A DNA stretch of 64,000 nucleotides from assembly GCA_018268955.1 (NCBI GenBank), contig JAFDVO010000008.1, forward strand, positions 22,988-86,987, given 5' to 3'. A program made the translations under genes and the position numbers. The stretch is from Acidobacteriota bacterium. GTDB taxonomy: Bacteria; Acidobacteriota; Vicinamibacteria; Vicinamibacterales; CAVVIG01. The notes under the pieces were generated by a model. The model searched no databases and had not been told where the DNA came from. It saw only the letters and a list, made by a program, of their open reading frames with translations. This document shows, one piece after another, positions 9,017-17,106 of the stretch. Numbering within the stretch: the stretch's first letter is position 1; every line of letters starts with the position of its first letter.

Positions 9017-11272
9017 GTGCGACGCGCGTGTCTGACCACGATCCTCGCTGCGCTGGCTGCGACCGCGGCCGCCCAGCAGCCCCCTGACCCCGTTCCACCG
9101 GCGATCATCGCGAGAAACGAGGCCCGACAGGCGACCGTTCGGGCGGTGAAGCTCGACGAGCCGCTGCGCATCGACGGCCGTCTGGACGAGGCGATCTACT
9201 CGTCGATCACGCCGATCACGGACTTCATCCAGACGCTGCCTCGGAACGGCGAGGATCCGACCGAGAAGACCGAAGCGTGGGTGATGTTCGACGGCGAGCG
9301 GTTCTACGTCGCTGCCCGCTGCTGGGACTCGGCGCCGCCAGCGAAATGGGTCGCCAACGAGATGCGCCGCGATGCGAATCAGGTCCGGCAGAACGATCAC
9401 TTCGGCTTCATGATCGACACGTTCCACGATCGGCGGAACGGGTACGTCTTCTACTCGAACCCGGTCGGCGGCCGCATCGATCTCACCGAAGCGGACGAGG
9501 GGAACTCGAACGCCGACTGGAACCCGGTCTGGGAAGTGCGCACCGGCCGCTTCGAGGGCGGCTGGACGATCGAGATGGCCGTGCCGTTCAAGTCGATCCG
9601 CTACATCTCCGGCGAAGGCCAGACGTGGGGCATCCAGATGCGCCGGGCGATCCGCCGGAAGAACGAGTGGGCGCACCTCACGCCGCTGCCGACCGTGATG
9701 GGGGGATCCCAGGGGTTCTTCAGGATCTCGGCCGCCGCGACGCTGGTCGGGCTCGACCTGCCGCCGGCCAGCCGGAACATCGAGTTGAAGCCCTACGGCA
9801 TCGCACGCTCGACAACGGATCGCGTCGCGTCACCGCTCGTGAACAACAAGGGTGAAGGAGACTTCGGCGTCGACGCGAAGTACGGCATCACCGCCAACCT
9901 CACCGCCGACTTCACGTACAACACCGACTTCGCACAGGTCGAAGTGGACGAGCAGCAGGTGAACCTCACCCGTTTCTCGCTGCAGTTTCCTGAGAAGCGG
10001 GAGTTCTTCCTCGAGGGACGCGGCATCTTCAGCTTCGCGTCGTTCCCAACCACTGGTTCATCAGGCGGTGGGTCATCGACGAGCACCGTCCCGCTGCTGT
10101 TCTACAGCCGGCGCATCGGCCTGAACGGCGGGCGCGTAGTTCCGATCAACGTGGGCGGACGCGTGACCGGCAAGGTCGGCAAGTTCAGCCTCGGACTGCT
10201 GAACATCCAGACCGGCGAGGAGTCGGCCTCGAAGTCGCCGTCGACGAACTTCAGTGTTGTCCGCGTGAAGCGCGACGTCTTCCGGCGGAGCGCGATCGGC
10301 GCCATGGTCACGAACCGCTCGCAGTCCGCTGACGTGCCGGGGGCCGCGAACCAGGCGTACGGCCTGGACGGGGTGTTCAACTTCTTCGGCGACCTCACGA
10401 TGGGCGGCTACTACGCGCGCACGGAGACCGACAACGTGAGCGGCGACGGCTCCAGCTACCAGGCGCGCGTCGAGTACGCGCCGGACAAGTACGGTGCGCA
10501 GTTCGAGCGGGTCAAGGTCGGCGACGCGTTCAACCCGGAGGTCGGCTTCCTGCGGCGACGCAACTTCGAGCGCACGTTCGGCGAAGTGCGCTACAGCCCG
10601 CGGCCCAAACGCATCAGAGGCATTCGCCAGGTCACGATGACGGCGGGCGTGGAGTACATCGAGGGCAGCACGTCGAAGCGCATGGAGTCGCGGCAGCAGA
10701 CCGGGCGCATCAACGTGGAGCGGGAGAACAGCGACCAGTTCTCCTTCGAAGGCGGCACGAACTTCGAGTTCCTGCCGTCGCCGTTCAGGGTCGCACGCAA
10801 CGTCACGATTCCGTCCGGCGGCTACGGGTTCAACGACTGGACGGCGCGCTACGCGTTCGGTCAGCAGCGGCGGATCTCAGGCACCGTGCAGTTCCAGAAG
10901 GGGCAGTTCTACAACGGGCACATCAACGCGCTCACTGTGAGCGGCGCGCGCGTGTCGGTGATGACCCGCCTCTCGGTCGAGCCGAGCGTCTCGGTGAATG
11001 CGGTCACGCTGCCGGCGGGCGACTTCACGACCACCGTGCTGCGCGCCAGGTCCGACTACGCGTTCTCGCCGTTGATGTTCGTAAGCGGCCTGGTGCAGTA
11101 CAGCTCGAACGACCGGCTCTTCTCGACCAACCTGCGCTTCCGCTGGGAATACCTGCCGGGCAGCGAGCTCTTCGTCGTCTACACCGACGAGCGCGACACG
11201 ATACCTGTTGGTTTCCCGACGCTGAAGAACCGCGCGCTGGTCGTGAAGGTGAATCGGCTGTTCAGGTTCTAA
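9017..11272 (+). CDS. DUF5916 family protein with CBM9-like domain (paralog 3)
   Basis: Lies in ORF 8984-11272, which has a TTG start. I prefer GTG 9017 because it gives the signal peptide MRRACLTTILAALAATAAAQQ and clears the upstream repeat. Same conserved blocks; C-terminus NRLFRF. Confidence 0.85.
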   Translation: MRRACLTTILAALAATAAAQQPPDPVPPAIIARNEARQATVRAVKLDEPLRIDGRLDEAIYSSITPITDFIQTLPRNGEDPTEKTEAWVMFDGERFYVAARCWDSAPPAKWVANEMRRDANQVRQNDHFGFMIDTFHDRRNGYVFYSNPVGGRIDLTEADEGNSNADWNPVWEVRTGRFEGGWTIEMAVPFKSIRYISGEGQTWGIQMRRAIRRKNEWAHLTPLPTVMGGSQGFFRISAAATLVGLDLPPASRNIELKPYGIARSTTDRVASPLVNNKGEGDFGVDAKYGITANLTADFTYNTDFAQVEVDEQQVNLTRFSLQFPEKREFFLEGRGIFSFASFPTTGSSGGGSSTSTVPLLFYSRRIGLNGGRVVPINVGGRVTGKVGKFSLGLLNIQTGEESASKSPSTNFSVVRVKRDVFRRSAIGAMVTNRSQSADVPGAANQAYGLDGVFNFFGDLTMGGYYARTETDNVSGDGSSYQARVEYAPDKYGAQFERVKVGDAFNPEVGFLRRRNFERTFGEVRYSPRPKRIRGIRQVTMTAGVEYIEGSTSKRMESRQQTGRINVERENSDQFSFEGGTNFEFLPSPFRVARNVTIPSGGYGFNDWTARYAFGQQRRISGTVQFQKGQFYNGHINALTVSGARVSVMTRLSVEPSVSVNAVTLPAGDFTTTVLRARSDYAFSPLMFVSGLVQYSSNDRLFSTNLRFRWEYLPGSELFVVYTDERDTIPVGFPTLKNRALVVKVNRLFRF

Positions 11273-11273
11273 G

Positions 11274-11336
11274 GGCCATGGGCGCTGGTCGGTAGTCCGT
11301 GGGCAGGCTCTTGGCTCCGGACTTCTGGCTTCAGCG
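11274..11336. repeat. Degenerate in-phase heptamer run after the stop codon
   Basis: Starts 2 nt after TAA 11270-11272: ggccatg ggcgctg gtcggta gtccgtg ggcaggc tcttggc tccggac ttctggc ttcagcg. Confidence 0.5.
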
Positions 11337-11401
11337 CGGTCGACTCCTGGCCCGGGGCCGCGGGACGAAAAGCGCCACCACGGAGAGCACGGAGCTCGAC
11401 A

Positions 11402-11563
11402 TGGAGCGCACTGGCTTCGCTTGTGGCTAACGCGCGCGACTACGACCGTAGCTGGCGGGAGGTGGAGCAGCAGAAGGACGAACTGCTCGATGAAGTGCAG
11501 CGTCGAATGCTCACCTATGTCGAACGTGCTGAGTTGTTCACGGTCCGCTTCGTCGTGAGCTGA
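11402..11563 (+). pseudogene. Orphan 3' fragment of an unidentified gene (54 codons to TGA, no start codon)
   Basis: Frame 2 reads WSALASLVANARDYDRSWREVEQQKDELLDEVQRRMLTYVERAELFTVRFVVS*. It looks like coding sequence but has no upstream start. It sits just before a decayed restriction-enzyme-like gene. Confidence 0.3.
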
Positions 11564-11595
11564 CTCCGGTAGACGCTGACGCTGCCGTCCGTCAC

Positions 11596-12013
11596 ATGTC
11601 GAATAAAGAACGATTCTTCGACGAGTTTCGCTGATATGTCGACCGCGTGGACATGACCGCCTCGGGGTTCGCTGCGGACCGACTCCGAGGCGCTGGACGG
11701 TCCCGATATCGTGCCGACGTGGAACGACATCGAGGTGCCAGATGCCTCTGCTGTGCTCGACGCCTGGGAGCTGTTCGACGCGCCGGCGAACACCAGCCGT
11801 CGCTGCCCGCACCGATCTACGACTACGTCGTGTACGAGTCGGAAGTGGAGCGCGAGTTCGCGCGCAGGCTGGATGCGCGTGCGCGAGACCAAGAGCACGC
11901 GCGACTTCCTGAAGCTGCGGAACAGCGAGGCCGACAAGGTCCGCTGCGGGGCGCGCCACTTCGAGGCGCTCGGCGTGCCGTTCGGCGTCGTCGTCAGCGC
12001 CGACGAAGTGTGA
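11596..12013 (+). pseudogene. Decayed type III restriction enzyme Res/helicase-like gene: 12-codon N-terminus plus frameshifted C-terminal pieces
   Basis: ATG 11596 gives MSNKERFFDEFR and then a stop. Downstream pieces sit in two frames: PAPIYDYVVYESEVEREFARRLDAR (frame of ORF 11647) and ETKSTRDFLKLRNSEADKVRCGARHFEALGVPFGVVVSADEV (frame of ORF 11711). By recall these resemble Res-subunit C-termini. G+C is locally lower around 11590-11640. Confidence 0.5.
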
Positions 12014-12143
12014 GCGCCAGGCATCCGCTCGAGGCTGGTCGCCGTCCCGACGCAGCGCCGAGCCCGCCTCGAATGGAGTGCGTGTGACGGGCCAAGCGGA
12101 GTCGGGATGCGGCCGGCCCGACTGCAGGACGCCTGGCGGGCGT

Positions 12144-12213
12144 CAAGGCTCCAGGCGTCAGGCACCGTCGACTCCTGGCCCGGAGCCGACATGCCCGAAG
12201 CCTGAAGCCTGAA
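12144..12213. repeat. In-phase heptamer run; on the minus strand it reads TTCAGGC TTCAGGC TTCGGGC ... downstream of the cupin gene
   Basis: Plus-strand units are caaggct ccaggcg tcaggca ccgtcga ctcctgg cccggag ccgacat gcccgaa gcctgaa gcctgaa. That is ten units in one phase. Confidence 0.55.
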
Positions 12214-12230
12214 AACGCGCGCAGCGCGTG
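12212..12230 (-). terminator. Possible small intrinsic terminator of the cupin gene
   Basis: Minus strand directly after the stop reads ACGCGC-TGC-GCGCGT followed by TTTTC. The stem is 6 bp and the loop only 3 nt, so this is weak. Confidence 0.35.
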
Positions 12231-12231
12231 G

Positions 12232-12753
12232 CTACTTCGGCGCGACGAACCGCACTTCGAGATAGGTGATCTCCCCGTTCACCTTGCTGTACATGTGCGC
12301 TGACCCGGCGGGGACGATGATGACGTCGCCCGGCTTGAGGTCGTGCGACTCGCCGCCTTCGATCGTGGCCTCGCTGGCAGGCGCGCCAGGCTTCCGCACG
12401 ATCTTGCCGCCGGTCGTCACCGTGCCGGTGCCCGCGATGATGTAGTGCAGCTCGGTGTTGCCCGGATGCGCAATCGCGCCGTTGGCCTTCGGCCGATGGA
12501 CGATGTTCACGCGGTACTGATCCGTGAGGGCAATCGGCGAGGTGGCCATGTCATTCGTCTTCGCGATGGCCGCCTTGAGCACCGTCTGCAGATCGGTGTT
12601 CGACTTGAATATGCCAGCGGATCCCGGGGGCGGTGCGGGCGCAGCCTGCTCCTGCGCCGCAGGTGCTCCGCCGCTGCGGCCCTGGGCCGGATTCTGCCCG
12701 AACACCGGCATCGCCACGAGAAGGGTTGCCACCAACGTCATCTGTGCCTTCAT
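12232..12753 (-). CDS. Secreted cupin domain protein
   Basis: This is the last 173 codons of ORF 12232-14043. ATG at 12753 gives the signal peptide MKAQMTLVATLLVAMPVFGQ. Cupin-like core: HPGNTELHYIIAGTGTV...KPGDVIIVPAGSAHMY. Confidence 0.8.
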   Translation of the reverse strand: MKAQMTLVATLLVAMPVFGQNPAQGRSGGAPAAQEQAAPAPPPGSAGIFKSNTDLQTVLKAAIAKTNDMATSPIALTDQYRVNIVHRPKANGAIAHPGNTELHYIIAGTGTVTTGGKIVRKPGAPASEATIEGGESHDLKPGDVIIVPAGSAHMYSKVNGEITYLEVRFVAPK

Positions 12754-12895
12754 ACGCGCTCCATGCACGTCCCGCTGAAGCCGGACGCTACGACATCGAA
12801 TCCCGGACGTCGGGCGAAGCCCGACGCGACGACCGATCTCACCAACCTCCAACCCGTCCCCTACCCGGCAGGGACTGTAGCCCGGCGCCGTGCTT

Positions 12896-12944
12896 CGCCC
12901 AGAGCCGACCCGCCGGAAGCCCAGGGCTCGAAGCCGGAAGTCTA
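12896..12944. repeat. Heptamer run abutting and including the cyclase stop codon
   Basis: Units are agccgac ccgccgg aagccca gggctcg aagccgg aagtcta. The last unit contains the stop (cta, 12942-12944). In the gene's sense it reads TAGACTT CCGGCTT CGAGCCC TGGGCTT. Confidence 0.5.
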
Positions 12945-13946
12945 GAAGATGGCCAGTGCATTGGCGGGGAAGCCGGTCCCGCCCGTGACCGGCACTGGCG
13001 CAACGGTCAGGAGGAACTCCCAGCGATTCAGCTTCGCCGCCGTTTCCGCGACCGCTTCGAGATCCTGGTTGTCGAGGATGTCGACGCCAAGGCCCGCGAG
13101 GATCGCCGTGTGGAAGGGAAGTGTGATGCCCTCCACCAGTGACGGGATCACGTCCTGCGCATCGTCGCTCCCGACGAACGAGACACCGCGCTGCTTCAGC
13201 CACGGCGCGACCGAGGCGTGATATCCCGCTTCGTTGCGGCCGACCGCCCACGGCCCGAGCTTCTCGCGCCGAGCCCATCGGCCCGTGCGCAGGAAGATCG
13301 CATCGCCGGGACCGATCTTCACGTTCGCCATCTTCTCCCAGGCCTCGATGTCCTCGACGAACACCGGCGTGCCCGGCTCGAGCCACGGCACCTTCTTCAG
13401 GCGTGGCATGTCGATGAGCACGCCGCGCGTGACGACCCCGTTCTTGTAGCTGTCGACCGACAGCTTCAGGCAGCCCTTCTCGCTGAGGACCTCCTCGCGG
13501 CGGAAGCCGTTGTAGGTCTGGTCCTTCCAGAGGAAGTGGCAGAGCGCGTCGATGTGGCTGTGCGCGTACCCGTGATAGCTGACGCTGTAGGTGTCGGTGG
13601 TCAGCCCCCGGTTCATCGTGTGGTTGAACGGATTCGGGTTGTCCGGCGCGACCTCCTTGAGTGGGGCATGTGCCATCGACACCGTGATGCCGTTCTTTGC
13701 GAGCGCGAGCGCCTTCTTGCGCGTCTCCTGCGTGATCAGGTTTGCCGCGCCGAGCTGATCGTCCGTGCCCCAGCGGCCCCAGTTCTTGATCTCGTTGAAC
13801 ATCCTGTCGAACTCCTCGGTGTTGCGCGGGAAGCGCGCGGCCGAGGGGCCTGGCGACAGGATCGGTTCGGTCGATGCCGGCTGCTGCGCGGCGAGTGCGA
13901 CGGAGAGTGCCGCTGCCGCGAGCAGGGCGAGGGCAATGCGCGTCAT
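12942..13946 (-). CDS. Cyclase family protein (kynurenine-formamidase-like fold), secreted
   Basis: 334-aa ORF with signal peptide MTRIALALLAAAALSVALAAQ and an HxxxHxDxxxH-like block (HGYAHSHIDALCH). GGAGG lies upstream of the ATG. Confidence 0.85.
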   Translation of the reverse strand: MTRIALALLAAAALSVALAAQQPASTEPILSPGPSAARFPRNTEEFDRMFNEIKNWGRWGTDDQLGAANLITQETRKKALALAKNGITVSMAHAPLKEVAPDNPNPFNHTMNRGLTTDTYSVSYHGYAHSHIDALCHFLWKDQTYNGFRREEVLSEKGCLKLSVDSYKNGVVTRGVLIDMPRLKKVPWLEPGTPVFVEDIEAWEKMANVKIGPGDAIFLRTGRWARREKLGPWAVGRNEAGYHASVAPWLKQRGVSFVGSDDAQDVIPSLVEGITLPFHTAILAGLGVDILDNQDLEAVAETAAKLNRWEFLLTVAPVPVTGGTGFPANALAIF

Positions 13947-13984
13947 CCGGAGGCCTCCGGCGGAGAGTTATATCATTTGCGGGA

Positions 13985-16831
13985 ATGCCCGCATCGTTCG
14001 CGCTGCCCGCGGCCTTCTTTCTCTCAGGCGCCGCAGGGCTCATGTTCCAGGTGGTCTGGCTCTATCGCTGCGGCCTCGTCCTCGGGAGCAGCCTCCCGGC
14101 TGTCACGGTCGTCCTCTCTGCGTTCATGGCCGGGGTTGGCGCAGGCAGCGCCGCGGCTGCGCGCGCCGGCGATCGGGTTGCGCATCCCATCCGTGCGTAC
14201 ATCACGCTCGAACTCCTGGTCGCCATCACAGGCATCGCCGTCAGCGTGTTGCTGCCGCACGTCGGGGCAGTCGTGGGTCGCGTGACTCACCTGACGACTT
14301 CCGCGGCGACCCTCAATGCAGCACGGCTGGCCATCGCGTTCGGGTTGCTCATCGTGCCAGCGGGCGCCATGGGAGCGACGTTGCCGCTGCTCGTTTCCGT
14401 GCTGGCGAAGCGGGGAGCGGCGTTCGGTCCCGCACTGGGTCGGCTCTACGGTTGGAACACGCTCGGGGCGGTGGTCGGCGTGATCGGTGCAGAAGTCCTC
14501 TTCATCGGCGCGGCTGGTGTGACCGGCACGGCGTGCGCCGCCGCAGGCCTCAACCTGTGCGCGGCTTTGCTCGCAGGTTCGATTCGATCGGCTGACGCCG
14601 ACGAGATCCCGAACGCGGGACACCAGCAGGACGAGCAGCGTGCTGGCACGCCGCAGGACCGCGGCGCGGTCCGCTGGTTGCTCCTGTCCACTGCCGTCGC
14701 CGGTGGCGCGCTGCTCGGGCTCGAGGTGGTCTGGTTCCGCTTCCTGTCGATGTACGTGCTCGTCACCACGCTCGCCACGAGCGTGATGCTGGCAGCCGTA
14801 CTCTCCGGCATCGGCGTTGGCGGCATCGTCGGCGCAATCTGGCTCGGTCGTGGACGCAACGCCGCGACGTGGTTGGCAGTGCTGGCCTGCGCGACCGGGC
14901 TCAGTGTGATCGGCTCGTTCACCTTGTTCAGCTTCGTCACCCAGGGCACGCAAGTCGGCGCATGGACCAGCGTCCTGTGGTTCGCGTGCGAGCTGACCGT
15001 GATCACGTCGCTGCTTTCCGGAGCGTTGTTCACGCTGACCGGCGACGCGCTGCACCGAACCGGGCTTGGCGCTGCCGAGGCGACCGGCTCACTGGCTCTT
15101 GCGAACACACTCGGCGCCATCGTCGGTCCCGCGCTGGCCACATGGGTGCTGCTGCCCAACCTTGGGATCAAGGGGAGCATCACCACCTTCGCACTCGCCT
15201 ACGGCATCGTCGGCGCACTCGCCGCGCTGGGCCTTCGCGTCCGGCGCGCTCCCATCGCCATGCGCCGCGTTCCGTCACTGGTGATGGGCGCCGTGCTGGC
15301 TGTCGGTGTGGCACTCCTTCCGCTCGGCGCAGCAGACTCGGCGTATTTCCTGCGCGCCGCTGCTGCGTATGCGGACGATGGTTCCGAGGTCGTGGCGACG
15401 CGCGAGGGCACTGCCGAGACGCTGTTCGTCATGCAGCAGCGGTGGCTCGGTCGGCCCGTGTACAGCCGTCTGGTCACGAACGGCTTTTCGATGTCCGGCA
15501 CCGCCCTGCAGGGGCAGCGGTACATGCGTGGGTTCGCATACTACCCGATGCTCTTTCACGACGGTCCTCTCCGGAATGCGTTGGTCGTCTGCTACGGCGT
15601 TGGGGTGACCGTCGGCGCCGTCACGCACATCCCGTCGGTCGAAACCATCGATGTGGTCGAGATCTCACGCGAGATACCGGAGCTGAGCGACGTGATCTAC
15701 GAGGCCGGTTCGCGCCCGCTCGAGGACCCGCGCGTACGCCTCCATACGGAAGACGGCCGCTTCTTCCTGCAGACCACCGCCGACGCGTTCGACCTCATCA
15801 CCGGTGAGCCGCCGCCGCCTCGCACGCCAGGGACGGTGAACATCTACACGCGCGAGTACTTCGAGCTGGTGCGGAGCCGCCTGCGCGAAGGAGGCATCGC
15901 CACCTACTGGGTGCCGGTGGCTCGCCCCAACCCGGGCACGGACGTCAACACGATCGTCAAGGCGTTCTGTGACGTGTTCAGCGACTGCTCGCTGTGGAAT
16001 GCGACGCCATTCGACCTGATGCTGGTCGGTTCGCGTGGCACGACAGGGCCGAGGTCGCTTGCGGACCTCTCCCGGCCCTGGCAGACACCGGGGCTCGAGG
16101 CGCGGCTGCGGGAAGTGGCCTTGGAGCGGCCGGAGCAGATCGGCGCGACGTTCATCGGGGATGCCGCGTACCTGAAGACCCTCACCCAGGAGACGCCGCC
16201 GCTGGTAGACGACTTCCCGCAGCGTCTGCGTCCGCACCCTGGACGTCCGTCGCTGTCGGATCCGGGTTACGGCCGCGATCAGGCGGTCACGACGATGTAC
16301 GACTCGGTGCTGAGCGTGGAGCGGGCGCGCACGGCGTTCTCGACCTCGGCGTTCGTGCGGGGGCTGTTTCCGCCCGACCTCATCGAGCGGTCGCTGCCGT
16401 ACTTCGAGCAGCAGCGGATCATCAACCGCGTCTACTGGGAAGGCGGCCAGCCGCTGCGCCAGATCGAGGACCTCGACGGCGTGTTGTCCGGCACGACCCT
16501 TCGCACGCTGCCGTTGTGGATCCTCGGGAGCGACGAGGTGAAGCAGCGCATCGCGGAAACCACGCGCGACGATGTGAGTGGTGCGGTGGAATATGCCCGC
16601 GCGCTGCGTGCGTTGTCAGGACGGGACTTCGCCGGCGCCTCACGCTGGCTGTCGGTGGCACTCGAGCGCGGATTCACCGGCCCCACGGCCAGCCCACTGC
16701 TGGCCTACGCGTCGATGAAGAGCGGCAACACGGTGCTCGCGCAGCAGCTTGCCGCAGCCGCGCACGCCTCTTCAGACGACGAACGGCACTTCTGGGCGTG
16801 GATGGGGAAGGCGTTGGACGGCAGACGTTAG
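13985..16831 (+). CDS. Fused MFS-like membrane domain / spermidine-synthase-like domain protein with a helical-repeat C-terminal region
   Basis: Lies in ORF 13874-16831. ATG 13985 gives MPASFALPAAFFLSGAAGLMFQVVWLYR, typical of this fused family by recall. About 12 helices are followed by a methyltransferase-fold region (VVCYGVGVTVGA...DLITGEPPPP). Confidence 0.8.
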   Translation: MPASFALPAAFFLSGAAGLMFQVVWLYRCGLVLGSSLPAVTVVLSAFMAGVGAGSAAAARAGDRVAHPIRAYITLELLVAITGIAVSVLLPHVGAVVGRVTHLTTSAATLNAARLAIAFGLLIVPAGAMGATLPLLVSVLAKRGAAFGPALGRLYGWNTLGAVVGVIGAEVLFIGAAGVTGTACAAAGLNLCAALLAGSIRSADADEIPNAGHQQDEQRAGTPQDRGAVRWLLLSTAVAGGALLGLEVVWFRFLSMYVLVTTLATSVMLAAVLSGIGVGGIVGAIWLGRGRNAATWLAVLACATGLSVIGSFTLFSFVTQGTQVGAWTSVLWFACELTVITSLLSGALFTLTGDALHRTGLGAAEATGSLALANTLGAIVGPALATWVLLPNLGIKGSITTFALAYGIVGALAALGLRVRRAPIAMRRVPSLVMGAVLAVGVALLPLGAADSAYFLRAAAAYADDGSEVVATREGTAETLFVMQQRWLGRPVYSRLVTNGFSMSGTALQGQRYMRGFAYYPMLFHDGPLRNALVVCYGVGVTVGAVTHIPSVETIDVVEISREIPELSDVIYEAGSRPLEDPRVRLHTEDGRFFLQTTADAFDLITGEPPPPRTPGTVNIYTREYFELVRSRLREGGIATYWVPVARPNPGTDVNTIVKAFCDVFSDCSLWNATPFDLMLVGSRGTTGPRSLADLSRPWQTPGLEARLREVALERPEQIGATFIGDAAYLKTLTQETPPLVDDFPQRLRPHPGRPSLSDPGYGRDQAVTTMYDSVLSVERARTAFSTSAFVRGLFPPDLIERSLPYFEQQRIINRVYWEGGQPLRQIEDLDGVLSGTTLRTLPLWILGSDEVKQRIAETTRDDVSGAVEYARALRALSGRDFAGASRWLSVALERGFTGPTASPLLAYASMKSGNTVLAQQLAAAAHASSDDERHFWAWMGKALDGRR

Positions 16832-16879
16832 ACGTTGGACGTTAGAACTTAGAACTCAGAAGTCAGAATGCAGAACGTC
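16824..16879. repeat. In-phase heptamer run beginning inside the last codons of the upstream gene
   Basis: Units are gacgtta gacgttg gacgtta gaactta gaactca gaagtca gaatgca gaacgtc. The gene stop TAG is at 16829-16831, and a second in-frame TAG at 16850. A weaker periodic tail extends to about 16928. Confidence 0.75.
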
Positions 16880-17011
16880 GGTGGGTCAGTCAGTCCCGCC
16901 CGCCTTGCCCGCCCAGCCTGCCCTTTCAGGACCACTCGCTGTCTTCGCGTGTCCGTGACCTCCGTGGTAGTGCCGTTGGCCGCGATTGCGGCGCGACCCG
17001 CGCGATCCGTC

Positions 17012-17095
17012 CAGAGCCCAGAGCCCCGAGCCCGCAGCCCAAAGCCCGCAGCCCAAAGCCTATGGCCCATGGCCCAGCGCCCACCGCCCATTGCC
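17012..17095. repeat. Twelve in-phase heptamers, NNNNGCC on plus and GGCNNNG in the sense of the peroxidase gene
   Basis: Units are cagagcc cagagcc ccgagcc cgcagcc caaagcc cgcagcc caaagcc tatggcc catggcc cagcgcc caccgcc cattgcc. The array ends 11 nt from the stop codon at 17107-17109. Confidence 0.85.
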
Positions 17096-17106
17096 CTCGA
17101 CGGGTG

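Noticed and set aside
12754-14043. The upstream 430 codons of the 603-aa ORF 12232-14043.
   Set aside because: Only the last 173 codons (the cupin with its signal peptide) look real. The upstream part overlaps the cyclase gene out of frame and reads as Arg/Gly/Pro-rich noise.
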